Source of the DNA: an uncultured Verrucomicrobiae bacterium | GTDB lineage: Bacteria; Verrucomicrobiota; Verrucomicrobiia; Chthoniobacterales; JAFAMB01 | NCBI GenBank assembly: GCA_963762565.1 | Contig: CAVXLD010000003.1 | Location: 911,672-975,671 of the forward strand | Length of the DNA: 64,000 nucleotides | Direction: 5' to 3' | In this document: positions 48,986 to 59,533 of the stretch, one piece after another | Layout of the letters: each line of letters begins with the position of its first letter | Numbering within the stretch: position 1 is the first letter of the stretch | Translations under genes and position numbers: made by a program | Notes under the pieces: generated by a model | What the model saw: only the letters and a program-made list of their open reading frames with translations | Database searches by the model: none | Told to the model about the DNA's origin: nothing

Positions 48986-51286
48986 TCACTTCTCACCCTT
49001 GCGCAGCGCTTGGCTAAACCAATCGCCGCCAAATTGAGACGGCTTCGTTGAGCTGGTGCGATCGCCTGATTGTCCCTTACCACCTTGGCTGCGATCGCTC
49101 GATCTAGACGACGCCGATCCGATCTCGGGCCGGCTCTTCATCGAGAGAGCGATGCGTTTTCGCGGTAGATCCACCTCCACAACAGTTACCTGCACTTTTT
49201 GGTGTACCTTCACAACGTCCGCCGGATTTTTGACGAAGGAATCACTCAACTGGCTGATATGCACTAAACCATCCTGGTGTACTCCGATATCAACAAACGC
49301 GCCGAAAGCGGTGACATTTGTAACAATGCCAGGCAGTTTTAGACCCGGCTTTAGATCCTCAAGTTTGTTGATCCCTTCAGTAAACGAAAAGGCTTCGAAT
49401 TGCTCGCGAGGATCGCGCCCCGGCTTTGCTAACTCGCTCATGATGTCGGTTAGCGTGGGAAGCCCGATCGCGTCGGTGATGTAACTCTCCAGCCGGATGT
49501 CTTTGCGTAAGGCAACATCGCGCATCAGATCGTTCACGGTACAACCGCGATCGGCGGCCATCCGATCCACAATGGAATAACTTTCGGGATGCACTGCGCT
49601 TGCATCCAGTGGCTGGGTACCCTCGCGGATCCGGAGGAACCCCGCTGCCTGTTGAAACGTCTTTGGTCCCAGGCGGGGCACGTTTAACAACTGTTGCCTG
49701 TCGACAAATGGCCCATTCTCATTGCGATAGGTCACAATGTTTTCAGCAAGTTGGGCATTTAAACCGGAGACATAAGCGAGGATCTGCGGACTAGCCGTGT
49801 TCAACTCGACGCCGACGTTATTAACACAACTCATTACCACGTCATCGAGCGACCGTTTCAAAGCACGCTGATCGACATCGTGCTGATATTGGCCAACCCC
49901 AATCGATTTGGCATCGATCTTCACTAACTCCGCCAGCGGGTCCATCAATCGCCTTCCGATAGAGACAGCACCGCGTACGGTTACGTCCTTATCGGGAAAC
50001 TCTTGCCGGGCTACTTCCGAGGCCGAATAGATGGAAGCGCCGCTTTCATTCACCATTACAACGGTGATCGTTTTCGGTAAGTCCAAGCCGCGAACAAACA
50101 TTTCGGTCTCGCGTCCGGCGGTACCGTTACCGATCGCGACGGCCTCGATCCCAAAATGCTGGCAGTAGGCGCGAATTTTTGTGGCCGCCTCGCTCGCGTT
50201 TCGGCTCCCCTGCTCCGGGTAAACCACGTCATGGTGCAGAAGTTTGCCCTGAGCATCCAAGCATACAATTTTGCAACCGGTCCGGAACCCGGGATCAATG
50301 GCCAAAACTTTCTTCCGGCCCAACGGCGCCGCCATGAGCAGCTCTCGAATGTTGTCGCTGAAAACCTTGATCGCTTCTTCATCGGCCCGTTTCTTCAAAG
50401 CGATCCGCGCCTCCGTCTCCATGGATATTTTGAGCAGGCGCTTGTAGCCATCGTGGCCTGCCAATTTTACCTGCTCGGCACACGGCGATTTTCCTCGAAC
50501 GAATAGCGATTCCACAATGCCGAGTCCTTCTTCTTCCGGCGGTTGAATCCTAAAATAAAGAAAACCTTCGGATTCACCTCGCCGGATCGCCAGAATTCGA
50601 TGAGACGGCGCTTTGCCAGCGGGTTCGTTCCAATCAAAGTAATCCGAAAACTTTGCCCCTTCCTCCTCTTTCCCGGTCATCACCTTAGAGCTCAGAACCC
50701 CTTTTGCTTGAAACAACTCTCGCATTCTGGTTCTAGCGCTCTCATCATCGCTCATCCGTTCGGCCAAAATGTCTCGCGCACCTGCGAGGGCATCTTCCAC
50801 AGTTGCCACGGATTTTTCTTCCTCTTCGCGTTTAACGACAAAACGGTCCGCTTCCTTGACGGGATCGACAGCAGCATCTGCTTGATTTTGAAAAAGAAAA
50901 TCGGCCAGCGGTTCTAGCCCTTTTTCCTTGGCGATAGTCGCGCGCGTCCGTTTCTTCGGCCGGAACGGCTGATAGATGTCCTCCAATACAGTCAACGTCG
51001 ATGCTGCACCCAATTTTTTCTTGAGTTCATCGGTCAACAGATTGCGTTCCTCTAAGCTCTTGAGAATTGCTTCCCGACGTTCATCGACCTCCTGGAGTTG
51101 CTCGAGGCGATCGCGAATTGTGCCTATCTGAACTTCGTCAAGCGACCCGGTGGCTTCCTTTCGGTAGCGAGCCATGAACGGCACTGTGGCGCCATCGTCC
51201 AGAAGCGCCCGAACCGCTCGGACCTGGTTCGGTTGCAGTTTCAGCTCGTGAGCGATCTTGGCAATGTGAATTAGGTTTTCAGCCAT
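48986..51286 (-). CDS. tex: Tex family RNA-binding transcription accessory protein
   Basis: GATVPFMARYRKEATG, DPGFRTGCK, ESGASIYSAS, IGVGQYQHDV, C-terminal S1 domain. Confidence 0.96.
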   Translation of the reverse strand: MAENLIHIAKIAHELKLQPNQVRAVRALLDDGATVPFMARYRKEATGSLDEVQIGTIRDRLEQLQEVDERREAILKSLEERNLLTDELKKKLGAASTLTVLEDIYQPFRPKKRTRATIAKEKGLEPLADFLFQNQADAAVDPVKEADRFVVKREEEEKSVATVEDALAGARDILAERMSDDESARTRMRELFQAKGVLSSKVMTGKEEEGAKFSDYFDWNEPAGKAPSHRILAIRRGESEGFLYFRIQPPEEEGLGIVESLFVRGKSPCAEQVKLAGHDGYKRLLKISMETEARIALKKRADEEAIKVFSDNIRELLMAAPLGRKKVLAIDPGFRTGCKIVCLDAQGKLLHHDVVYPEQGSRNASEAATKIRAYCQHFGIEAVAIGNGTAGRETEMFVRGLDLPKTITVVMVNESGASIYSASEVARQEFPDKDVTVRGAVSIGRRLMDPLAELVKIDAKSIGVGQYQHDVDQRALKRSLDDVVMSCVNNVGVELNTASPQILAYVSGLNAQLAENIVTYRNENGPFVDRQQLLNVPRLGPKTFQQAAGFLRIREGTQPLDASAVHPESYSIVDRMAADRGCTVNDLMRDVALRKDIRLESYITDAIGLPTLTDIMSELAKPGRDPREQFEAFSFTEGINKLEDLKPGLKLPGIVTNVTAFGAFVDIGVHQDGLVHISQLSDSFVKNPADVVKVHQKVQVTVVEVDLPRKRIALSMKSRPEIGSASSRSSDRSQGGKGQSGDRTSSTKPSQFGGDWFSQALRKGEK

Positions 51287-51554
51287 GCGAAAAAAGGTGG
51301 GGGGAAATATGGAAAAGAAGTTCGAGGAGTTCAAGGCCTGCCGCGACGTAGGCCTTGCGGAGTCGGGGAGTTCAGGAGTTCAGAAGCATGTTATCGACGC
51401 TATAGCATCGCTCCCAGATTCCCGGACGAAGGACCTTTATCCTTGCAATTTCGTGCTTCGGACCACCCTGAACTCCTGAACTCCGAGCAAGCTATTGTTG
51501 ACTCTCTGGTGACGATTTGGCACAAATTGTCCACTAGAATTCCCTCCCAGAAAT

Positions 51555-52550
51555 ATGAGCCAGAATCGAATGTTAGCCATCATCGCGGCTGTCATCAGCA
51601 TCTCCTGCCAGCCCGCCTACAGCGCGACAGTTTCCGCCATCGTCGCTTTTGGCGACAGTCTGAGCGACCTCGGAAATACTGCTGCTTCAATATTTCCAAA
51701 CGATCTCACGGGCTACAACCCCTACTATTACGATCAAGGACGCTGGTCTAACGGACCGCTTTGGGTCGAAAATCTGGCGAGACAGATGTCTTTGAACGCT
51801 CTTCAGCGTAATGACGGGACGAACCTGTACGGAACTGACTTCGCGTGGGCGGGATCAACCAGTGGCACCGGTTACTCGTATTACTATCTGGCAAACCTCC
51901 AACAGCAAGTCAAATTCTACATAGCGTTGCTGACAACTAAATACGCCCAGATACCGGATATCAAAACGACCCTTTTTACGGTCTGGAGCGGCGGCAACGA
52001 TGTTCTTTACTATACCCAGGATGATACTCCCATCACGGCCCAAAAAATGTGTGACAACATCGCGGCTGCAGTCACAGCCCTTTACAACGCGGGTGGCCGT
52101 TCTTTTATAGTTCCTAACCTGCCACCGCTTGGCGATAAACCGAACTATCGTGGTACGAAGTATCAAGACAAAGCAAATGACTTGATCAATATGTATAACC
52201 CACTGTTGCAAACCCGCCTCATGCAATTGCAGTCGCAACTGACAGGGATCACGATAGTCGCGTTTGACGCCTATCAGGCCTTTAAGGCGGTACTAATGAA
52301 TCCTCAGGATTATAAACTGACGAATGTGACCGACCCGGCGTTCGTCCCCAACTCGAACCCCTTTAGGCAGTACGGTTCTGTGGTTGCAAATCCGGATCAG
52401 TATATGTTCTGGGACGACACGCATCCGACACGGGTGGGACACGCGATCATCGCCAAATTCTTGGAAAATGCACTTGCGATAACGCCCGGATCGCAGCTCG
52501 GACTGCGGAATCAACCAACCTCTTCGCTGCTTTTAGCTGGGTCTCAATAG
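51555..52550 (+). CDS. Secreted SGNH/GDSL hydrolase
   Basis: FGDSLSD, GRWSNG, GGND, FWDDTHPT. Confidence 0.93.
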   Translation: MSQNRMLAIIAAVISISCQPAYSATVSAIVAFGDSLSDLGNTAASIFPNDLTGYNPYYYDQGRWSNGPLWVENLARQMSLNALQRNDGTNLYGTDFAWAGSTSGTGYSYYYLANLQQQVKFYIALLTTKYAQIPDIKTTLFTVWSGGNDVLYYTQDDTPITAQKMCDNIAAAVTALYNAGGRSFIVPNLPPLGDKPNYRGTKYQDKANDLINMYNPLLQTRLMQLQSQLTGITIVAFDAYQAFKAVLMNPQDYKLTNVTDPAFVPNSNPFRQYGSVVANPDQYMFWDDTHPTRVGHAIIAKFLENALAITPGSQLGLRNQPTSSLLLAGSQ

Positions 52551-52576
52551 TCCGATCCTGCGCCTTAGGCCTTTGG

Positions 52577-53698
52577 TCACGGGCTGAAGATCAGAACAAT
52601 GTAGACGCCGAAGACAACCAGATGGACTGTACCCTCCAGCACCGTCGTCCGTGATCCGCAAAAGGTAATCACGCTAAGGAGCAAGGTCGTCGCCAACAGG
52701 ACAGCACTAGCGTTGTCGATACCGAGCACAACCGTTTGACCTGTGACAAACCCGATGCTGACCACGGCTGGTACGGTAAGGCCAATCGTGGAGGCAGTTG
52801 AACCCAGACACAGGTTAACTGCGCGTTGCAGTTGGTTGTCGAGCGCGGCGCGCAAAGCGCTCATTCCCTCGGGGGTGAAAACAATCAAAGCAATTAGCAC
52901 GCCGCCGATAGCTGGTGGAGCGTGAAATAGCGTGACGCCGTAATCAAGCAGCTTTGCCAGTTGCTTGGCTAATAGCACGATCGGCAAGATCTGAATGATG
53001 AGTAAAAGCGTGTGCCAACCCACCTCTCTGAATGTTGGCTTAGTTTGCGCCGGATTAGGTTCCAACGAGTGGCCAGAGGTCACCCCGAGGGAAGGCTCGA
53101 TAAAGAAGCTCCGATGGCGAACGGTCTGAACGGCTAAAAATACCGCATAAAGGAGGAGGGTAAACAGGGAGAAGAAAAGGGACTGGGTGTTGCTTAGTGT
53201 GGCATTGGCGGTCGAGACCGTGAACTTCGGCAAAATGAGCGTAATGACGGAGAGAGGTACGATGACGGAAAGATAGGCGACCGCGCCTTGAAGGTTATAT
53301 TCTTGCTCGTGGTGGCGCAGCCCGCCTAAGAGCAATGCCAAGCCCACGACCCCGTTCAAGACTATCATTAGGACAGCGAACATCGTATCGCGGCCCAGCG
53401 TCGGCGCCGAATGCGCGCTCAACATTAAAGCGCTGATCAGCGCCACCTCGATGATCACAATCGTGAGTGTCAATACCAGGGTACCGAGAGGTTCGCCAAG
53501 AAGCTCGGCAAGATGGTCCGCCTGACCCACCACGCCGAAAGCGCACCAAAATATTACCGCAAGTAGCCAGAGAAAAAGTAGCGCCGATTTCGGTATCGAT
53601 TCGAGCTCACCGAGCCAGAGTTTCCCGAAGAAAAGGAAAGCGATCACCGTTCCCCAGGCGATCGCGCAACCAGCAATGAATTTCTTTTTTGTGGTCAT
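52577..53698 (-). CDS. chaA: Ca2+/H+ antiporter (ChaA-like)
   Basis: GEPLGTLVLTL..IEVALI, RDTMFA, PEG..A..AA..NQLQR.VNL.LGS..STIGLTVP. Confidence 0.88.
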   Translation of the reverse strand: MTTKKKFIAGCAIAWGTVIAFLFFGKLWLGELESIPKSALLFLWLLAVIFWCAFGVVGQADHLAELLGEPLGTLVLTLTIVIIEVALISALMLSAHSAPTLGRDTMFAVLMIVLNGVVGLALLLGGLRHHEQEYNLQGAVAYLSVIVPLSVITLILPKFTVSTANATLSNTQSLFFSLFTLLLYAVFLAVQTVRHRSFFIEPSLGVTSGHSLEPNPAQTKPTFREVGWHTLLLIIQILPIVLLAKQLAKLLDYGVTLFHAPPAIGGVLIALIVFTPEGMSALRAALDNQLQRAVNLCLGSTASTIGLTVPAVVSIGFVTGQTVVLGIDNASAVLLATTLLLSVITFCGSRTTVLEGTVHLVVFGVYIVLIFSP

Positions 53699-54105
53699 AG
53701 GCCCGATCAGTCAGGTCAAGTCACGTCCCCGCGTCTACCTTCCTCTTGGACATTTAGGGCGGGTTCCCCAAAATTCATTCCGTACAATACGGAAAGATCA
53801 CAAAGACCACAAAGGTAACCGTGTTGTGGGTTATTCTGGACGAAGCTCGTTAGGGTCTTACAGAAGATCCGAAAGTGGGCGGCTATTATCCCCGTCCAAA
53901 CCTGTGGACGGTCACTTATTCTGCCTTTGTGATCTTTCCTTATTGTGCGAACCTGATTTCCATCCGGTGTGCCAGGCCTCGTGGCAGTGAATCAGGGTCC
54001 GCTCGGCCGTTTTATTACGGACTCCTAGGGCTTCGTCCGGCGGGCGCCGGACTCTTATGAGCCGCAGCTTCGCTGCTAAAGCGGCCACCAGTTACCTCTC
54101 ACTTC

Positions 54106-55087
54106 TCACGTCTCCCGTGTAGCTCCGATCATCCTTTTGCGGTATTCAGCGGGGGTGACGCCGACCGCATGCACGAACGCTCTACGGAGTGTGTCAGCGT
54201 TAGCGAATCCGCATTGCCAGGCTACTTGTTTGGGAAAGGCGTCGCCGGACTCCAGTAACCGACGTGCAGCGGCTACCCGCGCTTCTTGTACCCACGCTGC
54301 GGGCGTGACTCCGACCTCTTGGCGAAACAGACGCGCAAAATGACGGGGACTGAGTCCGGTTCTGCGCGCCAGGTTAGCGATGCTGAGATCCTCAGCCGGA
54401 TTCGCTGCGATCCAGCGTTGAATTTCTTGCAGCGCAGACCTGCCTACAGGAACAGCCTCGCCTTTACGACTGAACTGCATCTGTCCCCCTGGCCTTTTAA
54501 AGAACATGACGAGTTGGGCGGCCACTTTCATGGCAACTTCCCGTCCAAGATCCTCCTCAACGAGCGCCAACGAAAGATCCAGTCCTGCTGTCACCCCGGC
54601 CGAAGTTCTCAACCGTCCATCACGAACAAACAGCGCGTCCGGATCCACCGTGACCGAAGGAAATCCCTGAGCTAGGCGATCGGCGACTGCCCAGTGGGTT
54701 GTTACTCGTCGCCCATTTAACAGGCCGGCTCTTGCTAATAAAAACGCCCCGCTGCACACGGAGCCATAACGGCGAACACCGCGTGCGACCTCACGCAGCC
54801 AATCGACCACGCGGCCGTCGATTGAAGCTTCAGCCATGTTCGGCGCGCCGGCTACCAGTAGCGTATCTATTTTTTCAGTGAGCTTCTGACCAACAACCGC
54901 GTCCGGCATTAGACGTACACCAGACGAACTACGGATCGCTCCCAGCGATATGCCGACCACACCTAGCTGATAAATATCCGTCCCGCATTTGCGCGTTGGC
55001 TTCGGCAAATACATCAAGGGGACCGGACACATCGAGCAATTGAACTCCTGGAGTAGCCAGGATGGCAATGGTCATTTTCTTCTTCAT
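54106..55087 (-). CDS. GlxA-family AraC regulator, frameshift near 54989
   Basis: MKKKMTIAILATPGVQLLDVSGPLDVFAEAN in one frame; continues ..SVCSGAF..TSAGVTAG..RPGGQ in another (caa-a-tgc). Confidence 0.85.
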
Positions 55088-55094
55088 TTGCAGT

Positions 55095-55410
55095 CTAGTG
55101 TCCTGTCCCATAAATAGCGTGGCTTTCGTCCGGAAGCTGCCCATGCGCGTCAACATAAGGGCCCAGGCGTTGGCCGGCCCCTGACCGGGAGGGCGCGCGT
55201 CCTCGCGCGCCGCAAAGACGTGCCAGGCTTACAGACGTATTCCGATCACTCGATCGACAAACACGCTCGGCTTCGGGAACAATCCCGCAGCCGTGGGACG
55301 GGGACGCGATCCCTCCCAGCGCCGCGTCCGGCACGTGCCTAACAGCTGCCAGGCAGCTGCCGGATCAGGTGGCTGTTCTTCAAGGCGCGAGCGACGAGCA
55401 TATCTGGATC
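55095..55410. mobile_element. Partial copy of the 12075-12370 MITE interrupted by a family E REPIN (55186-55319)
   Basis: ctagtgtcctgtcccataaatagcgtggctttcg; tggctgttcttcaaggcgcgagcga matches the MITE interior. Confidence 0.65.
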
Positions 55411-55516
55411 GACGACGCTTTCGGCCGTTATGGCAGAATTTAACGTCTTACGTTTATTGAAGACACGCTATTCTATCCCGTAGCTTTCGCCAGGTTTTAT
55501 TAATCGGAGAAATCAA

Positions 55517-56161
55517 ATGACCATTACTACCATTGAAGGAATCACTGTCCCTGACAGCAGACTTGCACATGAAGTAACGGAACTGGTTCGGGACACCGAA
55601 TCCCCGTTATTGTTTCATCATTCCAGCCGGGTTTATTATTGGGGAGCGTTAGCCGGTAAGCGCCGCGGCCTGAAGTTTGATCCTGAGTTACTTTACGCTG
55701 GCGCCATGTTTCACGACATGGGACTAACTCATCAACACAGCAGCCAGAACGAGCGCTTCGAGGTCGATGGCGCCAATGCCGCTCGCGATTTTCTTCGCCG
55801 GCATGGGATCGCGCAGTCGGACATCGATACAGTCTGGACTGCGATCGCTCTACACACGACGCCGGGTATTCCGCAACATATGCACCCAGTGATCGCCTTG
55901 GTCACTTCCGGTGTTGAAATGGACGTGCTCGGTATCGCCTACTCAGAGTACAGTGACGCCGAGCGCCAGGCGGTTGTGCAGGCACACCCGCGCACCGAGC
56001 ACTTCAAGGAAGACATCATCCAAACGTTCTATAACGGGATTAAGCACAAACCTGAAACGACCTTTGGGAACGTAAAAACGGATGTCCTGGCAGACAAGGA
56101 TCCAGCTTTCCGGGCAATAAATTTCTGTAGCGTGATCCGCGGTTCCGCCTGGCGAGGCTAG
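55517..56161 (+). CDS. HD-domain protein (cyanamide hydratase-like)
   Basis: HHSSRVY, FHDMGL, RFEVDGANAARDFL, IALHTTPG. Confidence 0.9.
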   Translation: MTITTIEGITVPDSRLAHEVTELVRDTESPLLFHHSSRVYYWGALAGKRRGLKFDPELLYAGAMFHDMGLTHQHSSQNERFEVDGANAARDFLRRHGIAQSDIDTVWTAIALHTTPGIPQHMHPVIALVTSGVEMDVLGIAYSEYSDAERQAVVQAHPRTEHFKEDIIQTFYNGIKHKPETTFGNVKTDVLADKDPAFRAINFCSVIRGSAWRG

Positions 56162-56387
56162 CGCGGAGCCGAGTCGAAACGCGCCTGGCAAGTTCGTCAC
56201 GTTGGGTAGTCCCCGGGAGCCGCCTGTTGCATCCATTTTCGGACACATGCGCGCGGGACGCGAATAACGTTAGGTCTTAGGTCACGCGCCAAAGCGGCTC
56301 CCCTCCAATCGACCCCCCCGACTTCGCAAGGCCTACGTCGCGGCAGGCCTTGAACTCCTTCGGTTCTCCGCTATTTGCCTAGCGGAC

Positions 56388-56723
56388 ATGAACCGCTCCA
56401 GAGTCAATCTCACCGGCCTGATCGTGCTGGTCATCGGCCTTGCTGCCGCTGAGGGTATCTATTGGATCGGGGGACAAGCTGCTGCGGGAGATGCGAAAAG
56501 CCAGCAGTCACAAGAGTTGACCAGCACGATGCAACTCGAAAATCAGCGAAAATCAGATCGCGAGATCGAAGAAGGGTTTGGAAAGGTCTACGTATCAGTG
56601 ATCCACGCCGAACAATGGTGGGCTTCGTTGCCGGGGTATCAACAGGCTTCATTTGTGATCCTGGCGATCACGGTGCTTGTTGCGCTGGCCTGTTTCATTC
56701 TGGCCGCGCAGCTGCGGGTCTAG
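56388..56723 (+). CDS. Hypothetical membrane protein
   Basis: Two hydrophobic segments. Confidence 0.6.
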   Translation: MNRSRVNLTGLIVLVIGLAAAEGIYWIGGQAAAGDAKSQQSQELTSTMQLENQRKSDREIEEGFGKVYVSVIHAEQWWASLPGYQQASFVILAITVLVALACFILAAQLRV

Positions 56724-56842
56724 CCGATGGGCCAGTAAGCAGTAAGCAGTAAGCAGTAACCAGTGTGTCAGTAATCAGTTCGGGTCGCTCCCTAGGATGC
56801 TGATACTGTCTTAGTGACGATGTACTGCTTACTTCAAAACCG

Positions 56843-57124
56843 ATGGACCAATCGAAGGAACCAGCTAATAAAAAGACCCATCGCGGCCAAAGGCCCCTTT
56901 GGTGGATTGCTATCATCTCAATTGTGATTGGCTCATTACTGGCCGTCATTTCGTTTATCGTCTTGGCTCAGCCCGTGACCGAAGAAAATCTTTGGACGCT
57001 CGCCGCGATTCCTCTCTTAATCGCGGGCGGTTGTATCACTTTTGTGGGTGTCGTGGTTCTGATCGTAAATGGCGCACTTAGAGGAACTTTGCCCGAGGAA
57101 CCCGGCGAAAAAAGTGAGAAGTGA
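56843..57124 (+). CDS. Hypothetical membrane protein
   Basis: Two TM helices; stop codon lies in a 7-mer repeat. Confidence 0.6.
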   Translation: MDQSKEPANKKTHRGQRPLWWIAIISIVIGSLLAVISFIVLAQPVTEENLWTLAAIPLLIAGGCITFVGVVVLIVNGALRGTLPEEPGEKSEK

Positions 57125-57274
57125 AAGGAGTTCAGGGTTGGTCGACGAACAAAATTGCAAGCACCAAAACTCCGTTGGACCGAGAATCTCGGAGCAACCC
57201 TATAGCGTCGAGAGCAGGCTCCTGAACTCCCGAATTCCTGCAACTCCTGAACTCCTTTCACTTCACACTTCTCA
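57113..57274. repeat. Nested inverted 7-mer plus ggagttca-array element
   Basis: gtgagaagtgaaaggagttcagg ... cctgaactcctttcacttcacacttctca. Confidence 0.75.
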
Positions 57275-57329
57275 TGTTGGCTCTAATTCTGCTAATTCCT
57301 ACCTGAGTCTGCTCCGTTTATTACTGGAT

Positions 57330-58145
57330 ATGAGAAACTTGCGATCGTTATGGCTTCTATTCGCTGTGTCAGTTTTTGCCGTTTTTGCCAGGGGCGATGA
57401 CGCATCAGTTGTTCAAGTCGTAGCCCAAACCGAGCGCGCTTTTTCAGCGCGCTGCGCTGAAATCGGGATTCGGGATTCGTTCCTCGAATATTTCGCGGCG
57501 GATGCCATCCGTTTCAGTCCTGAACCGGGATTAGCCCGTCCGGACCTCGAAAAGGAGCAGAACTCGACCAAAGTCCGGTTGACTTGGGAACCGAAAATAG
57601 TCCGGGTGGCGAGTAGCAACCAGCTGGCCGTGAGTACAGGCCCCTACGTTCTACAAAGCGGTGCCAATAAGTCGTACGGCTACTATCTTTCGATTTGGAA
57701 ACTTCAGACCGACGGAGGATGGAAGGTGGCGGCCGACATTGGGGTTTCTGGGCGTATCGCTCCGAAGCTGCCCGATGATTTTCAAAGCTACCAAGACCCG
57801 CCCGACCAAGCCAGCCCGCCTGATCTTTTGTCCTTCGAACGCGAACAGTTCAATGGTGTTCTCGACCTCGACAAGGTCTATCGTTCCGTTGCCTCCCCTG
57901 AGACCGTGTTCGAACGCGATAACGAGCCCCTTCAGGCCGGAGAACCCGACTTCGCGGTCTTTTTGTACTTGCAAAAAGGCAAACGAACAAGTCTCTCGCA
58001 AGCCGGTGGAGACACATCCGGTAATCTCGGTTTTACTTACGGCACACAAACTAACGAAAAGTCCACCCTTGGATACTTGCGCGTTTGGGTCTTACGCCAG
58101 TCACGTTGGTCGCTGATGTTTGACGTGGCAACGAGTGCCAAATAG
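57330..58145 (+). CDS. Secreted NTF2-like (DUF4440) double-domain protein
   Basis: ERAFS..G.RDSF..YFA.DA, LTWEP..STGPY, GYYLSIWKLQTDGGWKV..D. Confidence 0.75.
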   Translation: MRNLRSLWLLFAVSVFAVFARGDDASVVQVVAQTERAFSARCAEIGIRDSFLEYFAADAIRFSPEPGLARPDLEKEQNSTKVRLTWEPKIVRVASSNQLAVSTGPYVLQSGANKSYGYYLSIWKLQTDGGWKVAADIGVSGRIAPKLPDDFQSYQDPPDQASPPDLLSFEREQFNGVLDLDKVYRSVASPETVFERDNEPLQAGEPDFAVFLYLQKGKRTSLSQAGGDTSGNLGFTYGTQTNEKSTLGYLRVWVLRQSRWSLMFDVATSAK

Positions 58146-58281
58146 AAAAAAAGAAGTTCAAGGAGCTCGTAGGGCTCACGATTTGAGCTTGCAAAGGATT
58201 CAGAAGGTTCAGCATTCCTTTGGCGTTTGGCGTTTGGCGTTTGGCGTTTGGCGTGCCGGCGTTCGGCGGCGCTGAGTTCGC

Positions 58282-58310
58282 TTGACTTCGTTCCAAATGG
58301 AGCTTTTATT
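58282..58310 (+). promoter_or_regulatory. Sigma70-like promoter of the TA operon with operator-like repeats
   Basis: TTGACT-N17-TTTATT, ATG 8 nt later; tccaaatgga and cagaatgga repeats. Confidence 0.5.
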
Positions 58311-58318
58311 AGTACAGA

Positions 58319-58723
58319 ATGGATTATCGCCTCAGTTCAACTGATCTAAAGGATTACGTCAAAATGGCGGCCTTGGCGGTTCGCGGTTTGGAGCCGGGGG
58401 TCGCCTTAGACCTGGCCAAACGATTAGACATCTCACAGGACAGATTGTCGGAGCTCGCCCAGATCGCCAAGACGACTTTACATCGCCGGATAAAAGAGCA
58501 TCAGCCTTTGGCCCAGGACGAATCCGAGCGCGTGATCCGCCTCTACACTGTCTATCAAAAGGCGGTCGAAGTATTCGAGGATGAAGAGCGTGCTGCCCGA
58601 TGGTTCTCATCTCGTCCAAAAGCATTGGGAGGCAAAACGCCTCTCGAGTTTATGAAGACTGAGCCCGGCGCCCGGTACGTCGAGAAATTATTGGGACGCA
58701 TCGAACACGGCGTATTTTCGTGA
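58319..58723 (+). CDS. Xre/MbcA/ParS-family antitoxin
   Basis: TTLHRR..ESERVIRL..A.EVFED.E.AARW..P.ALGG.TPL..GRIEHGVFS. Confidence 0.93.
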   Translation: MDYRLSSTDLKDYVKMAALAVRGLEPGVALDLAKRLDISQDRLSELAQIAKTTLHRRIKEHQPLAQDESERVIRLYTVYQKAVEVFEDEERAARWFSSRPKALGGKTPLEFMKTEPGARYVEKLLGRIEHGVFS

Positions 58724-59175
58724 GAGCTTGGCGAATCTGTAAGGAGAGATTCGCCAACACCGCCTTTGACGGAGAAGGCGCGTTTCGCGACGGAGGACGT
58801 TGGAATTCTGAGGGGGTACGCGTCGTTTACGTCGCCGGTAGCGCTGCCCTGGCGACACTGGAAATTCTCGTCCATGTGAGCGAGCCGGATGATCTCTACC
58901 GGACCCCGTTCGTATTAATTCCAGTCGATTTTGCAGCGGACCTGGTCAGCGAACCTCCTGCGCTACCACCAGGCTGGCATGAAGATCCGCCACCCGTGGC
59001 AGCAGCAGCCGTTGGCGATGAATGGGTAGAAAGTCAGACGTCCCTTCTTTTAAAAGTGCCCAGTGCAGTCATCCATTCTGAGTTCAATTACCTGATCAAT
59101 CCAGCACACCCGCGATTTGGGGAACTTATTATCGGTCCTGCTGAACCGTTCCAATTCGATTCCCGGCTCAAGTAA
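58720..59175 (+). CDS. RES-domain toxin (NAD+ phosphorylase family)
   Basis: WRI..GEGA..GGRWNS.G..VVY..LATLEILVH..VPSAVI..NYLINP.HP; 4-nt overlap with the antitoxin. Confidence 0.93.
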   Translation: MRAWRICKERFANTAFDGEGAFRDGGRWNSEGVRVVYVAGSAALATLEILVHVSEPDDLYRTPFVLIPVDFAADLVSEPPALPPGWHEDPPPVAAAAVGDEWVESQTSLLLKVPSAVIHSEFNYLINPAHPRFGELIIGPAEPFQFDSRLK

Positions 59176-59533
59176 GGCCCTGGGGCGCTGCCTCGCTCGC
59201 GAGGCCGACTCGGTCGGAGCCGTGGAGCGTGCCTTGCTTGCAAGGCCGAAGCGGTCGGCACCGTGGAGCGCTGCCTTGCTTGCAAGGCCGAAGCGGTCGG
59301 CGCCGTGGAGCGCTGCCTCCTCGCGAGGCCGTGGTAAGCAAGGGTATCGGTGTGGAAGTCATTTGGTCGGGCCGCGCTCTTGCGTCTAAAGATGCAGAAG
59401 TCGCGCGATAGAGCGCAGACAGCGATAGGGACTGACTGAGCGACTTCCCCCGCGAACCACGGCCTCGCAAGCGAGGCAACGCTCCACGGGTGGCGACCCC
59501 TTCGGCCTCGCAAGCGAGGCAGCGCTCCACGGT

